Of a stretch of 64,000 bases of DNA, positions 1 through 13,822 are shown piece by piece; within the stretch, counting starts at the first letter, position 1; each line of letters starts with the position of its first letter. Both the position numbers and the translations under genes were made by a program. The stretch is taken from positions 248,001 through 312,000 of the forward strand of contig JAQGDQ010000180.1 of the NCBI GenBank assembly GCA_030141605.1, given 5' to 3'. The notes below the pieces were generated by a model. It was given only the letters and a program-made list of their open reading frames with translations, was not told the origin of the DNA and did no database searches. This DNA is from Tubiluchus corallicola (taxonomy: Eukaryota; Animalia; Priapulida).

Positions 1-420
1 TTAAAACAGTTTGGAGAAAAAAGGTCATGGGAATAGGTTTACATATTATAGTTTTAGTTTTTCGAGAGGTGATTATATTCTCATTTTTGCAGGAGTGTGA
101 TTATAATCATAAAATAGCTTGTATTAATGGAGAGAAGTCTTGTATACGTATAGTTATAATATCTTTCAAGGAACATGTTATGACAGGAGTAAGGAAGACA
201 AAAAACAAATACAAATACAGGTTTTTGCAGTCATCAGGAGGAAGTTGAGAGTCGAGTTTCGGCTGCTTACTCTTTTTGGAATAAGGACAGGGTACAATGA
301 TGAAGAAATGTAGTGGTGGTGTGATCAATACACTCACTTTTGTCTTCGTAATGATCATGATTTATTTATATTTATTAGCAGTGACCGAATGGAAGCTGGG
401 GTTAAACGTTGCTTAGAAAA
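1..420 (-). mobile_element. Highly decayed non-LTR retrotransposon RT fragment
   Basis: ORF 107..358(-) contains PPDDCKNLY...TPVITCSLKDIITIRIQDF, resembling the P.NYRPISLLPVISKILEKII pre-RT motif. Confidence 0.45.
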
Positions 421-919
421 ACTGTTAAAGGTAGGACCGGCTATTAACTTCAGCCAGCATTTATTCTCCGACTCTAAATAATTATGCTATGAATTTTGGT
501 TGAGATAATTTAGTGCAGATTTTACTGTCATCATACACAGTTTCAGAAATCAGAGACATACTGTTTATTGTTTAGCGCTGTGGAGAAAATGGTTGAATCT
601 TGGCGTTTTGTTTCTCTGGTTTGTTTCTGATGGTGAATGTTTCGTATTTTTTTATGATTTATAGATACGTATAATTGTATTATAGTTTTTTAATACTTTT
701 ATCTAAATATTTGTCACGCCTAAACAATATTATTATTGATCGCCTTGCTCTGCATGCAAGATTTTTCCGTTGTACTTCAGCTAGTCTAATTGGGTTCTAA
801 TTTTAAAGGAAGGTTGGTTGTAAAGAGAAAGTTTGTTTGATTTTTGCTATAAGTACGAAGGGTGCAAAACAGTTTGTATTCATGACATATAGCATTTGGT
901 ACTGCATAACGAAGATGAC

Positions 920-1035
920 AGCAGCAGCAACAACAAAAAACATTATCATCGTCGTGGTCATCACCGTCGTCGCTGTCATCATTATCATCGTCGGTCATTG
1001 TTGTCATCATCGTCATTATCGCCATCATCATCAGC
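920..1035. repeat. Degenerate (CAT/CGT)n trinucleotide tract
   Basis: Seen directly; source of the low-complexity ORFs here. Confidence 0.85.
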
Positions 1036-1330
1036 CTCATAATTTTCAAGTTGAGAAAATTCATTGAAAGAGTGCTTTATAAAAAATCCATTATTGTTAA
1101 TATTATTACATAGATTATGCATGTTGTTTCTCCGATTTCTTTCTTTATCGTCTCTTGCTTGTGAATTCATAACACATTTTTATAAAATAAGAAAAGAACA
1201 TGTTTTACATTGTGGTTTCAGGCTTTGGAATGCATACAGTTAAAATGCTTGTCTGAAGAAAACCTACAAAAGTGTGTTATTGCAATTGTTGGTTTTGCAA
1301 TGGCACTACCTCACAAAACAGGTAATGTTA

Positions 1331-1726
1331 GTACGGCTTGTCCTCGCTTAACGATGCTAACGCGTTCCAGCAAAACACGACGTTAAGCGAAACGTCATTA
1401 AATGAAACAGGACGTCTATAGAAAGTAATGTAAAAAAATGAGATACGTTCCAGAGGCAAAAAATCAATGCTGCTTTGAACATATAATAATTGTACTGTTT
1501 CATATTATTAGTGCATTTTTAGAATAGAATAAGGCAGTACGTGCAGTTTTAATGTTTTTTATATGGATAAAAATGCTGCTCATCAAACAAAAAATGATTT
1601 TGAGCAAAGTAAAAAAACGTTGTTAAAAGGAAACGTGTGTCGTTAAGTGGGGAAAAGGTGTCAAATGTTCAGCATCGTTAAAACAAGACATAGCTAAGCG
1701 GAGAGTCGTTAAGCGAAGACTTAGTA
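1331..1726 (-). mobile_element. Pogo/Tigger-like MITE (family E)
   Basis: Inverted ends gtcctcgcttaacga ... cgttaagcgaagac; reverse-complement homology to 24350-24515. Confidence 0.7.
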
Positions 1727-2561
1727 TTTTAGTCTTTGCCTTTTAACTTTTTTTGAATGGTAGAATCACAAAATTACTCCTTAACGGGTGCATTATTTGC
1801 ATGTGAATTGAATTTACCGTGTAACCCTCAGTCAAAGTGGTATCATTATGGTGGCAGTGGTGGTTATATTGGTGCTGGTTACAGAGCTGTTATTTGTGGT
1901 CTTTTGTAACAGTTCTCTTCCACGATCGTTCTTCTAGTACATCATGTAACATGGTGTTGGTAAAAATACGCTGAACTGCAGGTTTAGAGTTCAAGTCTGT
2001 TTATGTCAAGATAAATCGCTTTTCTGTTTTGACTCTTCCAACTATAACCTTTTGATAAGAGATGTGAACAATAAGAGATAACCTTTTCCAATTAGCCTAA
2101 CTCTGAAGCAGTTTAAACTCTGATTCACCAGAGTCAGAGTGCATGAAAGACAGTGTGTTTACAGAGTGACTGCCTGAAAGTTACTCCCTCTGTGCTAGCT
2201 TTTTCATTACCTTTTTTAACAGCAAAACGCTTCACTGAATCAGAAAGCTTTTTTTAACTATGTGACATTCATGAGGTACTGCTTGGTACAAGCAATTACT
2301 AAGTCAAGGTCCTAGTGGCGATAGCTTGTACAGAACAAAAAGCAGGAAATACTTCAGAGACAAAAAAACAGAGAAATCAATAATCCTATAACAAAGCAAA
2401 GGAGCTTTTGACTGCCTTTGCTCTGTAAACACAGTATTTTATTACGTCACAATTGCTGTTGTAATTTGTTGACTAAAATTACTGAGTGTTCACAGTTTGT
2501 TTTGATCTGTTTTATAACTTGTTATTAATGTGTTGTTTGTCTAATTTTCATTTTCGTTTAG

Positions 2562-2705
2562 GAGATGAACAGGAGCAAGAGTTAAAAGAGCAAACTTGGC
2601 TTCTTTTAGAAAAAGTGATAGACCTTTGCATGCCGTGTCTAATTCTGAAGCCATCATTTGACAAAGCTGTTTGGAAATTCCTGCTGTCCACGTTTAATAT
2701 GGAAG
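2562..2705 (+). CDS. URB2: URB2 internal coding exon (first recognisable in window; upstream exons probably outside it)
   Basis: Acceptor tttcgtttag; donor GAAG|gtattg; phase 1 to 1, compatible with the exon at 5049; encodes DEQEQELKEQTWLLLEKVIDLCMPCL...FNME. Confidence 0.7.
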
Positions 2706-2766
2706 GTATTGAAACATATTGGTAGTAATATTGTTAATGTTTTTAAATGTGATAGACTTGTATGGG

Positions 2767-2809
<43 letters not shown>

Positions 2810-2834
2810 AAAGCTAGTCATTTAAATATTTATA

Positions 2835-3062
2835 TACAGTCGAACTTATTTATTTATATATATTTATATATAGTCGAACCTCATTATTAAACCCCCCTTT
2901 ATAATGCCCGACCTCGCTTAATGTCCAAATTTTTAGCAAAACATAGTATGTATATTTGCCCACACATATTGTATTAATGTGCCACCTTATAATGCCAAAC
3001 CCGCTGTAACTCGAACATTTTTGCAGTTCCAAAGTCGTCGGTACGAAGTGGTTAGACGGTAC
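2835..3062. mobile_element. Degraded pogo/Tigger-like MITE
   Basis: TA-CAGTCGAAC start (present twice) and a degenerate inverted end gtggttagacggta. Confidence 0.5.
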
Positions 3063-3229
3063 TCGCAGTCAAATATCAAATAGTTTTTCAAACAAATATT
3101 CTGTTATTAAACTATTCGTACTGAGATTGATAAAAAATATTTTTTTGTGTTTTTTTGATGTTAAGAGTGCAAAATTTTTAAAATCATCATATATATATTT
3201 AAATATACTAATTTTGGTGGTATGTTATA

Positions 3230-3267
<38 letters not shown>

Positions 3268-3273
3268 TTTCGA

Positions 3274-3848
3274 GGCTACAGCTCCAACAACGGTACCATT
3301 TGCCGCGATCTATATATCAAACAAAATGTCTCGATATAGTGTGGTCTCATTGGGGGTTTATTTTTCGAATCGGGCCCACCAGGGCGAACTGGGTGTGAAA
3401 ACCTCCAACAATGGCCATTTTTTGCCCATTTTTTGCAAAACTTATACCTCTTATTTCTGGAGAACGGGAATGGACCGGGGGCGGTGCCAGCCATGGATAG
3501 GTAGCCCGTTCAACGGTGGGTATAGTAGGCATATTTAGAATTTGCGGGAGGGCCACGGCATCCCGTAACTGGTGTTTTCCCGGAGCCAACTCCCGATTTT
3601 TTGGAAATTTTGACCAACCAGCCTGCAGAAAAATGTTCTAGCGGCGCCTGGTGGGACTCTCGAAAGGACATATATAGCTCATTAAAAAGAGGAGAAACAG
3701 GGCTACACGATGATGTGGGTTGATTTTAGGACGTCTCTACCTTGAGGAGTTGTGATGAGTTGATTGGAATTTCCATTTCGGGCATTTTTTGCTTGGAAAA
3801 CTGCTAACGCAAAGCCATTGTTCTGACGTCATCTATTATACTCTGTAT
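3274..3848. mobile_element. GC-richer putative non-autonomous DNA transposon, unclassified
   Basis: Abrupt GC/CpG increase; bounded by TACAG...CTGTA; internal inverted aacaatggc/gccattgtt motifs. Confidence 0.4.
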
Positions 3849-4211
3849 CTAACTTTGTAACTCTAATTCAGTAAAAACTGCTACTGGCTTTGCTTTAGGT
3901 AAATAAATGGACACTAGGTAGAATGCTTGTGCATTGTTGATTATAAGTGGATTTATATGCAAAATTTTTTGCGGGGCATTTGGTAGTAAAATATTCATAA
4001 TTGAAAATTCTAAGTCAAAGTGTATGCCATGCAAAGGCAACTGCGTCTACAAACCCCTGTAAAGGACTGAGTTTGAATTGTAGCCTCTTGAGAGGATTAA
4101 TATTAATCAAACTTATGTTGGCTAGTGTAGTAAATTTTGCTTCCTGGCTAAATTAACGAAGCATGTAAATTATCATATTGCTACTAGAGTAAAGAACTTT
4201 TTCTGCTAGTG

Positions 4212-4900
4212 TTAAAGGACAAGAAAAGGGGTCACTGAAATAGGTTTCAAAAAAGTTGCCTTAAAAAATTATATTACTTTATAGCAATTTTATGCATATA
4301 TCATATTCACCTCGAAAGGATTTTTTGTTTGTTTTCATTTTAAATCTGACGCAATATTGTTCTGACTGCGCCATTACGTGACATCACTTACGTACAACGT
4401 AAATCAGGGGAAGTTAAACTAGGTCCCTAAAAAACTTTCCGTGTAAATTTATGTTACTTAGCATTTCGCTTACTTGCTTGAAAGACTTATGTAACTATAA
4501 AAGAAAATTATTAATTATTTAAAATGTTTTCACCAATTGGTAAAATATCGTTGACCTACACTCCGGGGTGCACCACTCACTAACCAAAAACGTATTTTTA
4601 ATCTTATTGACAAGATACAGTCATTTAAGATTTTACTTAGTTAACGATGTGTGCAATACAAATGCTCTAATTATTTTTTGAACTTTACTTAGTGTTATCT
4701 AAACTTGTATCAAATGACTTATCGTTAAAATAGCTGCGTCTAACGGTAATTGCAGGAGTTTAAATTTGCATGTTTTATACAGCGTTACTGCCGATTGAAG
4801 TCCTGTATGCAAACTGGCAGTATGCAACTGGCATGTGTGTAATTCGAAGACAAATTGTTTAAGATTTTTGTAAGTGGAGGCTTTTTCTTGTGCTTTAAGC
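4212..4900 (+). mobile_element. Kolobok-like non-autonomous element (family J)
   Basis: TTAA-AGGAC start; homologous segments at about 41330-41720, 52207-52690 and 63500-64000(-). Confidence 0.55.
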
Positions 4901-5048
4901 AGTTTTAATTTTAAAGCATTTATTGTTTATTGAAATTGATTTCATATATAATTATTTCAGAACAAAAAAATTCATTTTCTGTTGAATGTGTATGATTTTT
5001 TTTAATGCAAATACACCTTTAATGCACTTGTGACAACATCATTTTTAG

Positions 5049-5218
5049 GTAACAAAAGACTTGAAACAAAGTTGCAGTGTTTATGTGACGGCAAGTTGCC
5101 CGAGTTGCATTTAGATAAACACGCAGAAGCTGATGTTTTTCACAAGTTTAATCAATTCGTCTGGTGCTGTTCCCTTCCTGAAATGACTGACGTGCTTCGG
5201 GTTTTAGTCGCTAAATTG
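5049..5218 (+). CDS. URB2: URB2 internal coding exon
   Basis: Acceptor atttttag; donor TTG|gtatgg; phase 1 to 0; encodes NKRLETKL...VLRVLVAKL and joins 7717 in frame. Confidence 0.75.
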
Positions 5219-5330
5219 GTATGGTTATATTTTTGCACACTTATTTCTCTTTCTTCTTTTTTTCTTTATGTGATTTATGGAATTTTTTATCATTATGCAA
5301 CTACTTAAAGTTGAAGTACTTGTGAAGTTT

Positions 5331-5909
5331 TTGGAAGACGGGATGATTTTTTATATCCTACCTCATTTTCAAGTACGATAAAAAATATACGTTTTAACAC
5401 AATTAATACTGCAAAGGCATTATAGATTAAAAACTTAATTAACGGTGAGTGAGCTCAACTATTGATGACATCACAAACTAACATAATTTTCAACAGCAAA
5501 AATATTTCATGAGCATGTTGCACGTGTGTGCAAAAGCGAAAATTGAAGTACAGTGCTACTGTAAGATATTCAGTGTGTTGTACCAAAACTAGGCAAGTTT
5601 TAAGATAAAAATTAAAATTTACTGCCATGTGCAGTGCATCACAAACTAACACATCTGAACTGAGAGGTACAGCATCTGTTTTTTTTTGCAGTGTGTTTGC
5701 GAAATGCAGGCGCCAATGCCCATCTAACTAGCGAATGGCAAAATTCATTTAGCAAAGAAGAACTAGTGGTGTGAACGTGAAATTGTGTTTGTGTGGTAAT
5801 AATTCTTTCGCGTAAGCCACTTTTGAAAAAATAGTATGTTTTCATTCAATATTTTAAAGAGTAGATTGTTTTGACCTACAGATCAGGACTGGATGCGGTT
5901 TTGCTTTAA
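5331..5909 (+). mobile_element. Kolobok/T2-like MITE (family B)
   Basis: Homologous to four other copies (35090, 35893, 37148, 44872); family ends TTAA-AGGAAGACAG and GGTTTTGCT-TTAA. Confidence 0.75.
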
Positions 5910-6249
5910 GAAGTTTGTAATGATAGCATCAGAGAGTCATTCATACTCGGGTCATCAATTCATAATCACTCGATCAGGGTAACTTTTCTCAGAATGACAC
6001 TCAGACTTGACAAATGTGTTTCTTACTGAGTAGCCACAGGACAACACTCTCGCACGAGGTGGACCAACGTGTCTTGGGTCAAACAGCACTTGCTGTGTAC
6101 GATTAAATTCAGTATTAACTATAAATTATAAAATTTTGAAATAATGTCTCTGTGATGATAATTAACTATGGCTGTGTTACTATATGGTGCATAATAAGAA
6201 CGCTGTTTGCTATTTGCTTTTAGCTATTTGGCATTAGCTTAAGAGCCTT

Positions 6250-6740
6250 CGACTTAAACTTGAACTTTCACTTAAACTTGAACTTAAATTTGGACTTGGA
6301 CTTGAACTTAAATTTGGACTTGGACTTAACTTGGACTTGGACTTGAACTTAGACTTAAACTTTGAGTTGAACTTAAATTTGGACTTGGACTTGGACTTAA
6401 AGTTGGACTTGGATTTGGACTTACACTTGGACTTGGACTTAAATTTGGACTTGGACTTGGATTTGTACTTGGACTTGCACTTGGACTTAAATTTGGTCTT
6501 GCACTTGGACCTGGACTTGCACTTGAACTTGAACTTAAATTTGGACTTGGACTTGAACTTAAATTTGGACTTGGACTTAACTTGGACTTGGACTTGAACT
6601 TAGACTTGAACTTGGAGTTGAACTTAAATTTGGACTTGCACTTGGACTTGGACTTAAAGTTGGACTTGGATTTGGATTTGTACTTTGACTTGCAGTTGGA
6701 CTTAAATTTGATCTTGCACTTGGACTTGAACTTGAACTTT
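6250..6740. repeat. Degenerate hexamer array (TTGGAC/TTGAAC)n
   Basis: About 80 hexamer units; source of the spurious LD-repeat ORFs. Confidence 0.95.
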
Positions 6741-6889
6741 GAAGACCCTGGACTTTATTTTGCTACTAGTTGGCATTGACTGAATTTTTGAATTTTGCAT
6801 TATTGTAATTTCGCTTTCTGCAAGCCGTAAGTGTATACGATTGTGGCAGGACTGGAACATAAGTCATCATCAAGGACAATCCTCTAAGA

Positions 6890-7045
6890 GAGACTGAATC
6901 AGCCATATTCAGTTGTATACACGTCCCTCCCTCGGTAGGGAAATGGCCAAAAGCAACATGGCAAAATGGGTCATCCCAATGCAGTTCTTTCAGGCAGTCA
7001 CTCATCTATGTACTGACCAGGTTCAATCTTGATTAAGTTTGGTTG
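6890..7045 (-). mobile_element. Decayed 5S-rRNA-derived fragment (old SINE head or 5S pseudogene)
   Basis: Reverse complement acttaatcaagattgaacctggtcagtacatagatgagtgactgcctg resembles the 5S internal control region. Confidence 0.55.
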
Positions 7046-7119
7046 CTAGGCATGTCATTACTATTCAGCATTTCCCTTCTCAAGAATTCCTTATACTTGG
7101 CAATTATTTTTCATTGTAA

Positions 7120-7560
7120 TCAGTAGGCTAACCAGGCTATAGCATTGGGTGTCAAAGTTTGAGGGGCGTCACATAGCCTAGGGTGTCAAAGTTTGAGGGG
7201 CGTCACATTTTGGAAAAAATCCTTATTCTCCTCGGAAGATTTGTATACTTTCATACTCATGTAAGGGACGCATTTTATAACACACCACAGGCAGTTACTG
7301 AGTCCATCTTTTATATGTGCCACATAATGAACAGGTGCAAGGTATTATATAACAAGCAGTTGCACAGCCCGCTTGAATATAAGCGCTATGCAAATACGTG
7401 TCATTAATAATGACAACGTAGAAACTAGGTTAATGGGGTTTTTAATGCACCACAAGTAATTGTTTAATCTGCTTACTACATAAACAACCGTAGATTCACA
7501 ATAGAATTGGACGGGACAAGACTATCAGCCTAGGCATCGTAAAATCTTGATATGCCCCTG
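7120..7560 (+). mobile_element. hAT-like MITE (family F)
   Basis: Ends ...tgatatgcccctg; homologous to 29213-29570 and 42425-42826, which start CAGGGGCGT. Confidence 0.7.
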
Positions 7561-7716
7561 TTGCTAGCCACTGAACTTATTTCAGTTTACTGCGTTTTTT
7601 GCTACAGCAGTATGGGTTATTTATAAAATTCTATCTTACTCTAGGTTATATATTGAAAGATGTATGAATGTATACCATATTTTTTGGTATTTAATACCCT
7701 ATTTTGTTTTCTACAG

Positions 7717-7821
7717 CAAGATTCAGCCTCATTTATGGAGGTTGTGCCATTCTGGGAGCAGCTACTCACCTGCCATCTATCAATGGAAAAACGCAACGTC
7801 GTCATCTCTTCTCTTTTACTA
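7717..7821 (+). CDS. URB2: URB2 internal coding exon
   Basis: ttttctacag / CTA|gtgagt; 35 codons; LLTCHLSMEK resembles vertebrate URB2 LLNCPLSGEK as I recall it. Confidence 0.85.
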
Positions 7822-7919
7822 GTGAGTAATTTTATTGATTTTAAACTGATCATTTACGTGACTACATTCTGGCCAGTTCTGGTCAAATGGCATTTGGCCT
7901 GAAAAGTTTTGAAATAAGT

Positions 7920-7983
7920 TTGATCGAAACACGGAACCCAATCATCGGTAACCGAGTGCTCTGACCACTAGGCCACATCGCCT
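7920..7983 (-). mobile_element. tRNA-derived SINE head remnant
   Basis: Reverse complement ggcgatgtggcctagtggtcagagcactcgg...gtttcgatca has an A box and a degenerate B box. Confidence 0.55.
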
Positions 7984-8110
7984 TCCCTTAAGCACTGCAA
8001 GTTTAGAAGCACTAGTAAATATTTAAATGATAATATCTATTTTAACACACAACCTTAAACGTATCAGAAATTCTGTTAATTTTAATTGTGCTGTTTTATA
8101 TTATTACCAG

Positions 8111-8206
8111 GTGCTTGGAATTTCTCAAAATTTTTGCCGGGAAATAAACGAGGAACTTGTGCTTAACTGTCTTCATCTACAAGCACTTGTAGTTCGCTTC
8201 ACGAAG
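8111..8206 (+). CDS. URB2: URB2 internal coding exon
   Basis: ttattaccag / AAG|gtaaag; 32 codons VLGISQNF...VRFTK; phase 0 to 0. Confidence 0.85.
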
Positions 8207-8223
8207 GTAAAGTTTCAAATTTT

Positions 8224-9020
8224 CAGTAGCGGCTCGTGTATAGGTACTACGGAACTGCAGCACCCCCCTATTTTCACTCGATATTATCTATAATATTCAA
8301 TATAATGAGTCATTTTTCTTTAGTTCTTTCTTTATGCTTGTACGGAAGCAGAACACGTGAGGGTAGTACTGTTTGTTTCACAGCCCAGCACAGTGCACTC
8401 CAGCGACACAGTGTTTGGCTGTCGTGCATGTGCACATGTCTGAGCCCAGGTAGGAAAAAAGAGAATCCTATATATCTTTGTGATTTTCACATCTTGATTT
8501 TGGGAAAATTCTGCTCGTTGAGGGAGACGTCTTTACAACTGTGAAATTTCCAGTGGCGGCTCTTGTATAGGTACTGTGGAACTGCAGCACCCTCTATATT
8601 CACTCAATATTATCGATAATATTCAATATAATAATCTTTATTTCTTTAGTTCTTTCTTTATACTTGCATGGAACCAGCGTACCAGTACTGTTTGCTTCAC
8701 AGTGCGCTCCAGCAACACGGTGTTTGGCTGTCGTGCATGCCTGAGCCCAGGTAGAGAAAGTACTGTCGCTCACACAGTTTGCTGTCAGTTGTCACATGCT
8801 TACCGTGAATAGATCAAGCTTAACCCGTCCGTGACAGTTTAGGGTATTAGTAAGCAACAATATTTTTTGGTTAAGATATTATCAAGTTTTATGTATAAAC
8901 TTTCATATGTTTGTGTGTTTAAAATTTTCAACATTAAAATTACATACATTTGTTTCGTTTTATACAGTATTAAAACAATGGCTAAAGATTTTTTGAAGCA
9001 GCACCCCTCCCCCCCATGTA
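8224..9020 (+). mobile_element. Two adjacent hAT-like MITE pieces (family A)
   Basis: CAGT(A/G)GCGGCTC termini at 8224 and 8551; homologous to 16247-16980. Confidence 0.75.
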
Positions 9021-9297
9021 GGAAGTATACATTAGCGTTTGGTAGTACTATTTTCACATATTCAAAAGTAAAGACAGTGTGAGTTCTAAGTAAGTTTCCT
9101 ATAGATTCGTGAGCATTTTCTGCAAGCAGGAAATTCCATTTCGAAACAACTTCCATGTGATACTGTAGATGGCAGTGCAGTGCAGTATGTAACACAATAG
9201 ATCACAATTTTCGTGTTTTAACGTCAATTTTGTTAATGTGCATATATATGTCTGCGCCTTGTGTGAGCAAAAGCATCATAGTAATTATACTTCATTT

Positions 9298-9805
9298 TGT
9301 TGGTCTTGAAGACAATGGAGTGTGTGCCAAGAGAGTCAGTTATTGATCACATTGATGGAGCTGCAGTGTCGACTGTGGCTGAGCAGTCCGATCCTTGAAC
9401 CACTGGAGTGGCCTTTCCAGGGCACACGCCTGGGCAAGGTGTATGGAGAACCTGAGCTGCCCAGACAAGAGGATCCCCCTCTCTTCCTCCCTGGTGTAGT
9501 CCAAAGGAAAGCGGAGCGATACGTTTGGCACCAGATTGGCTGCAGGAGCTGCCGGAGTCAGTGAGCACGCTGCACTGGTTCGCCTTCGGGGCTCCACTCC
9601 TGATTTGGAAGGTTTACTCCTCTACACATGGCCGTTGGGTCTCTTACCCTCTAGCCGTTGGCTGCTTCTGCAGCTCCTCCGCCTAGTGTCGAGATACAGT
9701 GTGGCATCCTGCAAGCCTACAGCACCCAGCATGTCACCTATTGAAGTACTAACCAGGCTATCTGTTGCTTAACTTCAGAGTTTTCAACGTGATATGGCCG
9801 TAGAC
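9298..9805 (-). mobile_element. 5S-rRNA-derived SINE (SINE3 class), copy 1
   Basis: 5S-like head at about 9713-9805; body homologous to 49178-49735; flanking direct repeats at(a/g)cttcattt. Confidence 0.9.
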
Positions 9806-10289
9806 TAATGCTTCATTTACTCGATGAATAAAATGTAGCTTTTCATCCGTGCTATTTCTCAATCACTAATAGTTGTTGACAGTAATTTCTATAATGTGCT
9901 GATCAAGCGCATTATTACTTTAGTCATCACCCATAACAATTGAATTATGGATGCGTCTGTTAATAATACAATGACTCACAATTCTCTGCACCAGAATCAA
10001 AATAGAGCAGGTTAATTTGGTCAGATGTTATATAGCATTATTAATTACTATGAGACAAAAATTCATGTATAATGATGTAGTGGTCCAAAATAGGAAAAGT
10101 TTTTTAGTTTTTTGAGCTTCTGAAAGGTGTCAGGTACAGCAAGCAGTTTCTAAGTCAGTAAGCCAGTAAAGTTATTATTCAAATTTATAATACACACACA
10201 CACACATATAAATATGCGAGCACACACACACATATAAATATGTGAACACACGTACGTATCAAATTTGCACATGATGTAAGTGTATTGGA

Positions 10290-10672
10290 ATTCTGTGTTA
10301 ATGTACCTGAAAAAAGACTTGCATTTACAAGATCCCGCTTGTTTGCCCATTTTCTCATGATAGAAGGAGGGAGATGGAAAGGGATACCCAGGGAAGAGGA
10401 CCTCTGTGCTTGCCGAATGGATGTCCAGGATGAAGAATATATACTGTGTCGCTGTTTCACTGTGTGAAAAGTGAACTTTTTAGAGAACTTTATAGTAACT
10501 TGGACTTCACAAATATACAGTCACTATATAGCAGCCTGGACCAACCTAATCTGATGCATTTTGTTTATGAGTGTTTTAATATTTTCAAATGATCATATTT
10601 TTGTTACAACTAACCTAACTTGTAATTGTAGAAATTATTTCTGTTTTGAATGGACTGTCACCAGTCATTAAA
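10290..10672 (+). mobile_element. 3' end of a decayed L2/CR1-group LINE
   Basis: RLFAHFLMIEGGRWKGIPREEDLCAC...QDEEYILCRC matches the R...H.L.IE.GR...R.C..C...DE.H...C C-terminal motif; ends ATTAAA plus (CTA)n. Confidence 0.75.
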
Positions 10673-11806
<1,134 letters not shown>

Positions 11807-13329
11807 AGAATGATGTTTATTTAGAAATTTAAACTACATTTTATTCAATGGATATTAGTGAAAAGTCGGCATCTTATTATGCGCCATTGCGTAACAAACA
11901 CATTTACCTTTCTATCACAAAAATAGAACTTGCAAAACCCATTAGAAAATCACATGTAGTCTAATAAGTAGCTAGCGGAGGAATTAATCTCTTTACTTCA
12001 CCCACACATTAGAAAGTAGGCGCTGTAGACGTGAGCACTGTAGAGGTACGAAACTTTTTATTATCAACTTTGTACCATGCTGGCTATAGATAAGGCTACT
12101 TGTTCTTGTAATTATAAAATTTGATAGAAAAATGCTTGTGTAGATTGACTCTAAGCAAGTGAAAAATCTGTAAAGCAAAACCGAATGATTGTTTAGACTC
12201 AATCTCATTTTAATTTACTGTCCAAAATATACATTTTCTTGCTTAGAAAAGTTAGCAATTGTTTCTTATATTTGAATAATTGGCTTAGAAAGTTAATTAA
12301 CGGCAACCGAACACAGCTATTGCTTACGTCAGAAACTAACAACAGTTTGTGCAATGGCAGGCATCTTCTCTTATGCATCAAGCACGTTTGCCTAAGTGTT
12401 ACTGCTTAAATGCATGATGTCACGAAAATGGGCTCTACATCATATGCCATCAGAAACTAACACTGCAGTTCATGATATCGGTTATCACATTACCACTTTC
12501 TATTTGTCGGCCACGCCAATGCGACAAAAAGGCGCTGTTGCCAGTCTTAGTAGATTCACTGAGCCGCGTGCAAGTTTGAATGTTTAATGAAATATGAGTA
12601 TCCGATGTAATTATTATTTTATCTAAGCTTTGATTTAAAAAATTCTATTGTAGTTTTCAATATTTTAGAGCATTCTTTATTGTGAAGTAATGTCTACAGG
12701 TTTTCCTTTAAGATGTGGTCATTGCACGTACTTTACCAGTGGAATAAACATGTTTTGTGATGACGTTTATGTCATTTCAAAAATTTATGCACAGGTTAAA
12801 TTACAATTTCTGCAACTTCCATTATAATTTATCTTTTTAAAGAATTTCTCTTAATTAATTTAGGATGCTATGTAGACGAGATTGATTGTAATACATGTTT
12901 CATAATGTGACAGTATTGCTTTGATAAACAAATTAATTGTTTTTATGCTGACGAGTCATTTATTATGTGGGAGTCACTATTTTCAATCTGAGATGAATTC
13001 TGATGTCTGAATGTCTAATATTAACTCTCATTTAGAGCCCACATTTGTTTTCTTGGATGTGTGATTATTTTCACAAATTGATTGATGTAAATTTCTAATT
13101 TGACGAGAAAATAGCGCAACAAATTTACCAATCAATGCATGAAAGGTGGTTGATTTGTGAGGAATTTTCTTGATGCGCATCCTGAAGCTTTTGTTCTGCT
13201 AATAAGCTGAAATGAATGTAAAATATGTTTGATTAATTAATCCAAGAGCTAATTTAGTTTCTTTAGACTATAACAGAGTGCTGTCCCAATGTGTCTCAAG
13301 TAAGAAAAGCAATTTGTTCATGTTCGACC

Positions 13330-13822
13330 TTTGTACATAAAAGCATTGATATTAAGCCTTTTCATTGTTTCGTTGCTGTAGGTCAAAGGTTAAGCATACC
13401 ACAGCAACGTTTTACTAAACCTTCACGTGACATGTGGGTAAAGCAAAGCCCTCTGCCGTATGGTCAGTTGTTTTAGCTTGATGGTTTAGAGTTTAGACTA
13501 AACGGTTTAGCCTTGTGGTAACACGGCCGCTTTCGGTCTGGGAGGTCGCTACAGTGACGGGGTCATACCAAATGGTACCTGCTGTTGCCCTGCCTGGCAC
13601 GTGGTATTTAGGGCAAAAGTGGGGTAATAATAGTTTCTGTTATGTAGTTGTAGGTTGTTATTTACATTCAGCGACGTTCTAGCTAGCTGTTAAAACTATT
13701 ACTATTACAACAGCATGGGCTGTGAGGCGTTGTCAAGTGTACACAAATGTGTTGTCTGGTACACTTAACCTTTGACCTTTTCACAATCAGCATCAATCAC
13801 TGAAACTGTGAAAAGGCTTATT
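13330..13822. mobile_element. MITE family C (AATAAGCCTTTTCACAGTT TIR), interrupted by a SINE fragment
   Basis: Ends aactgtgaaaaggcttatt; homologous to copies at 25479, 43646 and 59573. Confidence 0.75.
13505..13632 (+). mobile_element. tRNA-headed SINE fragment nested in MITE C (possibly V-domain type)
   Basis: gccttgtggtaacacggccgc head, then ggtcataccaaa..tggtacctgctgttgccctgcctggc; absent from the other family C copies. Confidence 0.5.

Noticed and set aside
379-430. Extra URB2 exon (SDRMEAGVKRCLEKLLK)
   Set aside because: Ends in phase 0 while the next exon needs phase 1, and it overlaps a probable decayed LINE.
1775-1790. U12 branch-like CTCCTTAAC
   Set aside because: No AG or AC at suitable spacing and no in-frame exon follows.
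3752-3826. Intronic C/D snoRNA (GTGATGA...CTGA)
   Set aside because: No terminal stem, no guide I can match to rRNA, and it lies in a probable transposon; a snoscan/Rfam search would be decisive.
12947-13010. Hammerhead ribozyme (CTGACGAG)
   Set aside because: No stem II followed by GAAA and no closing stems.
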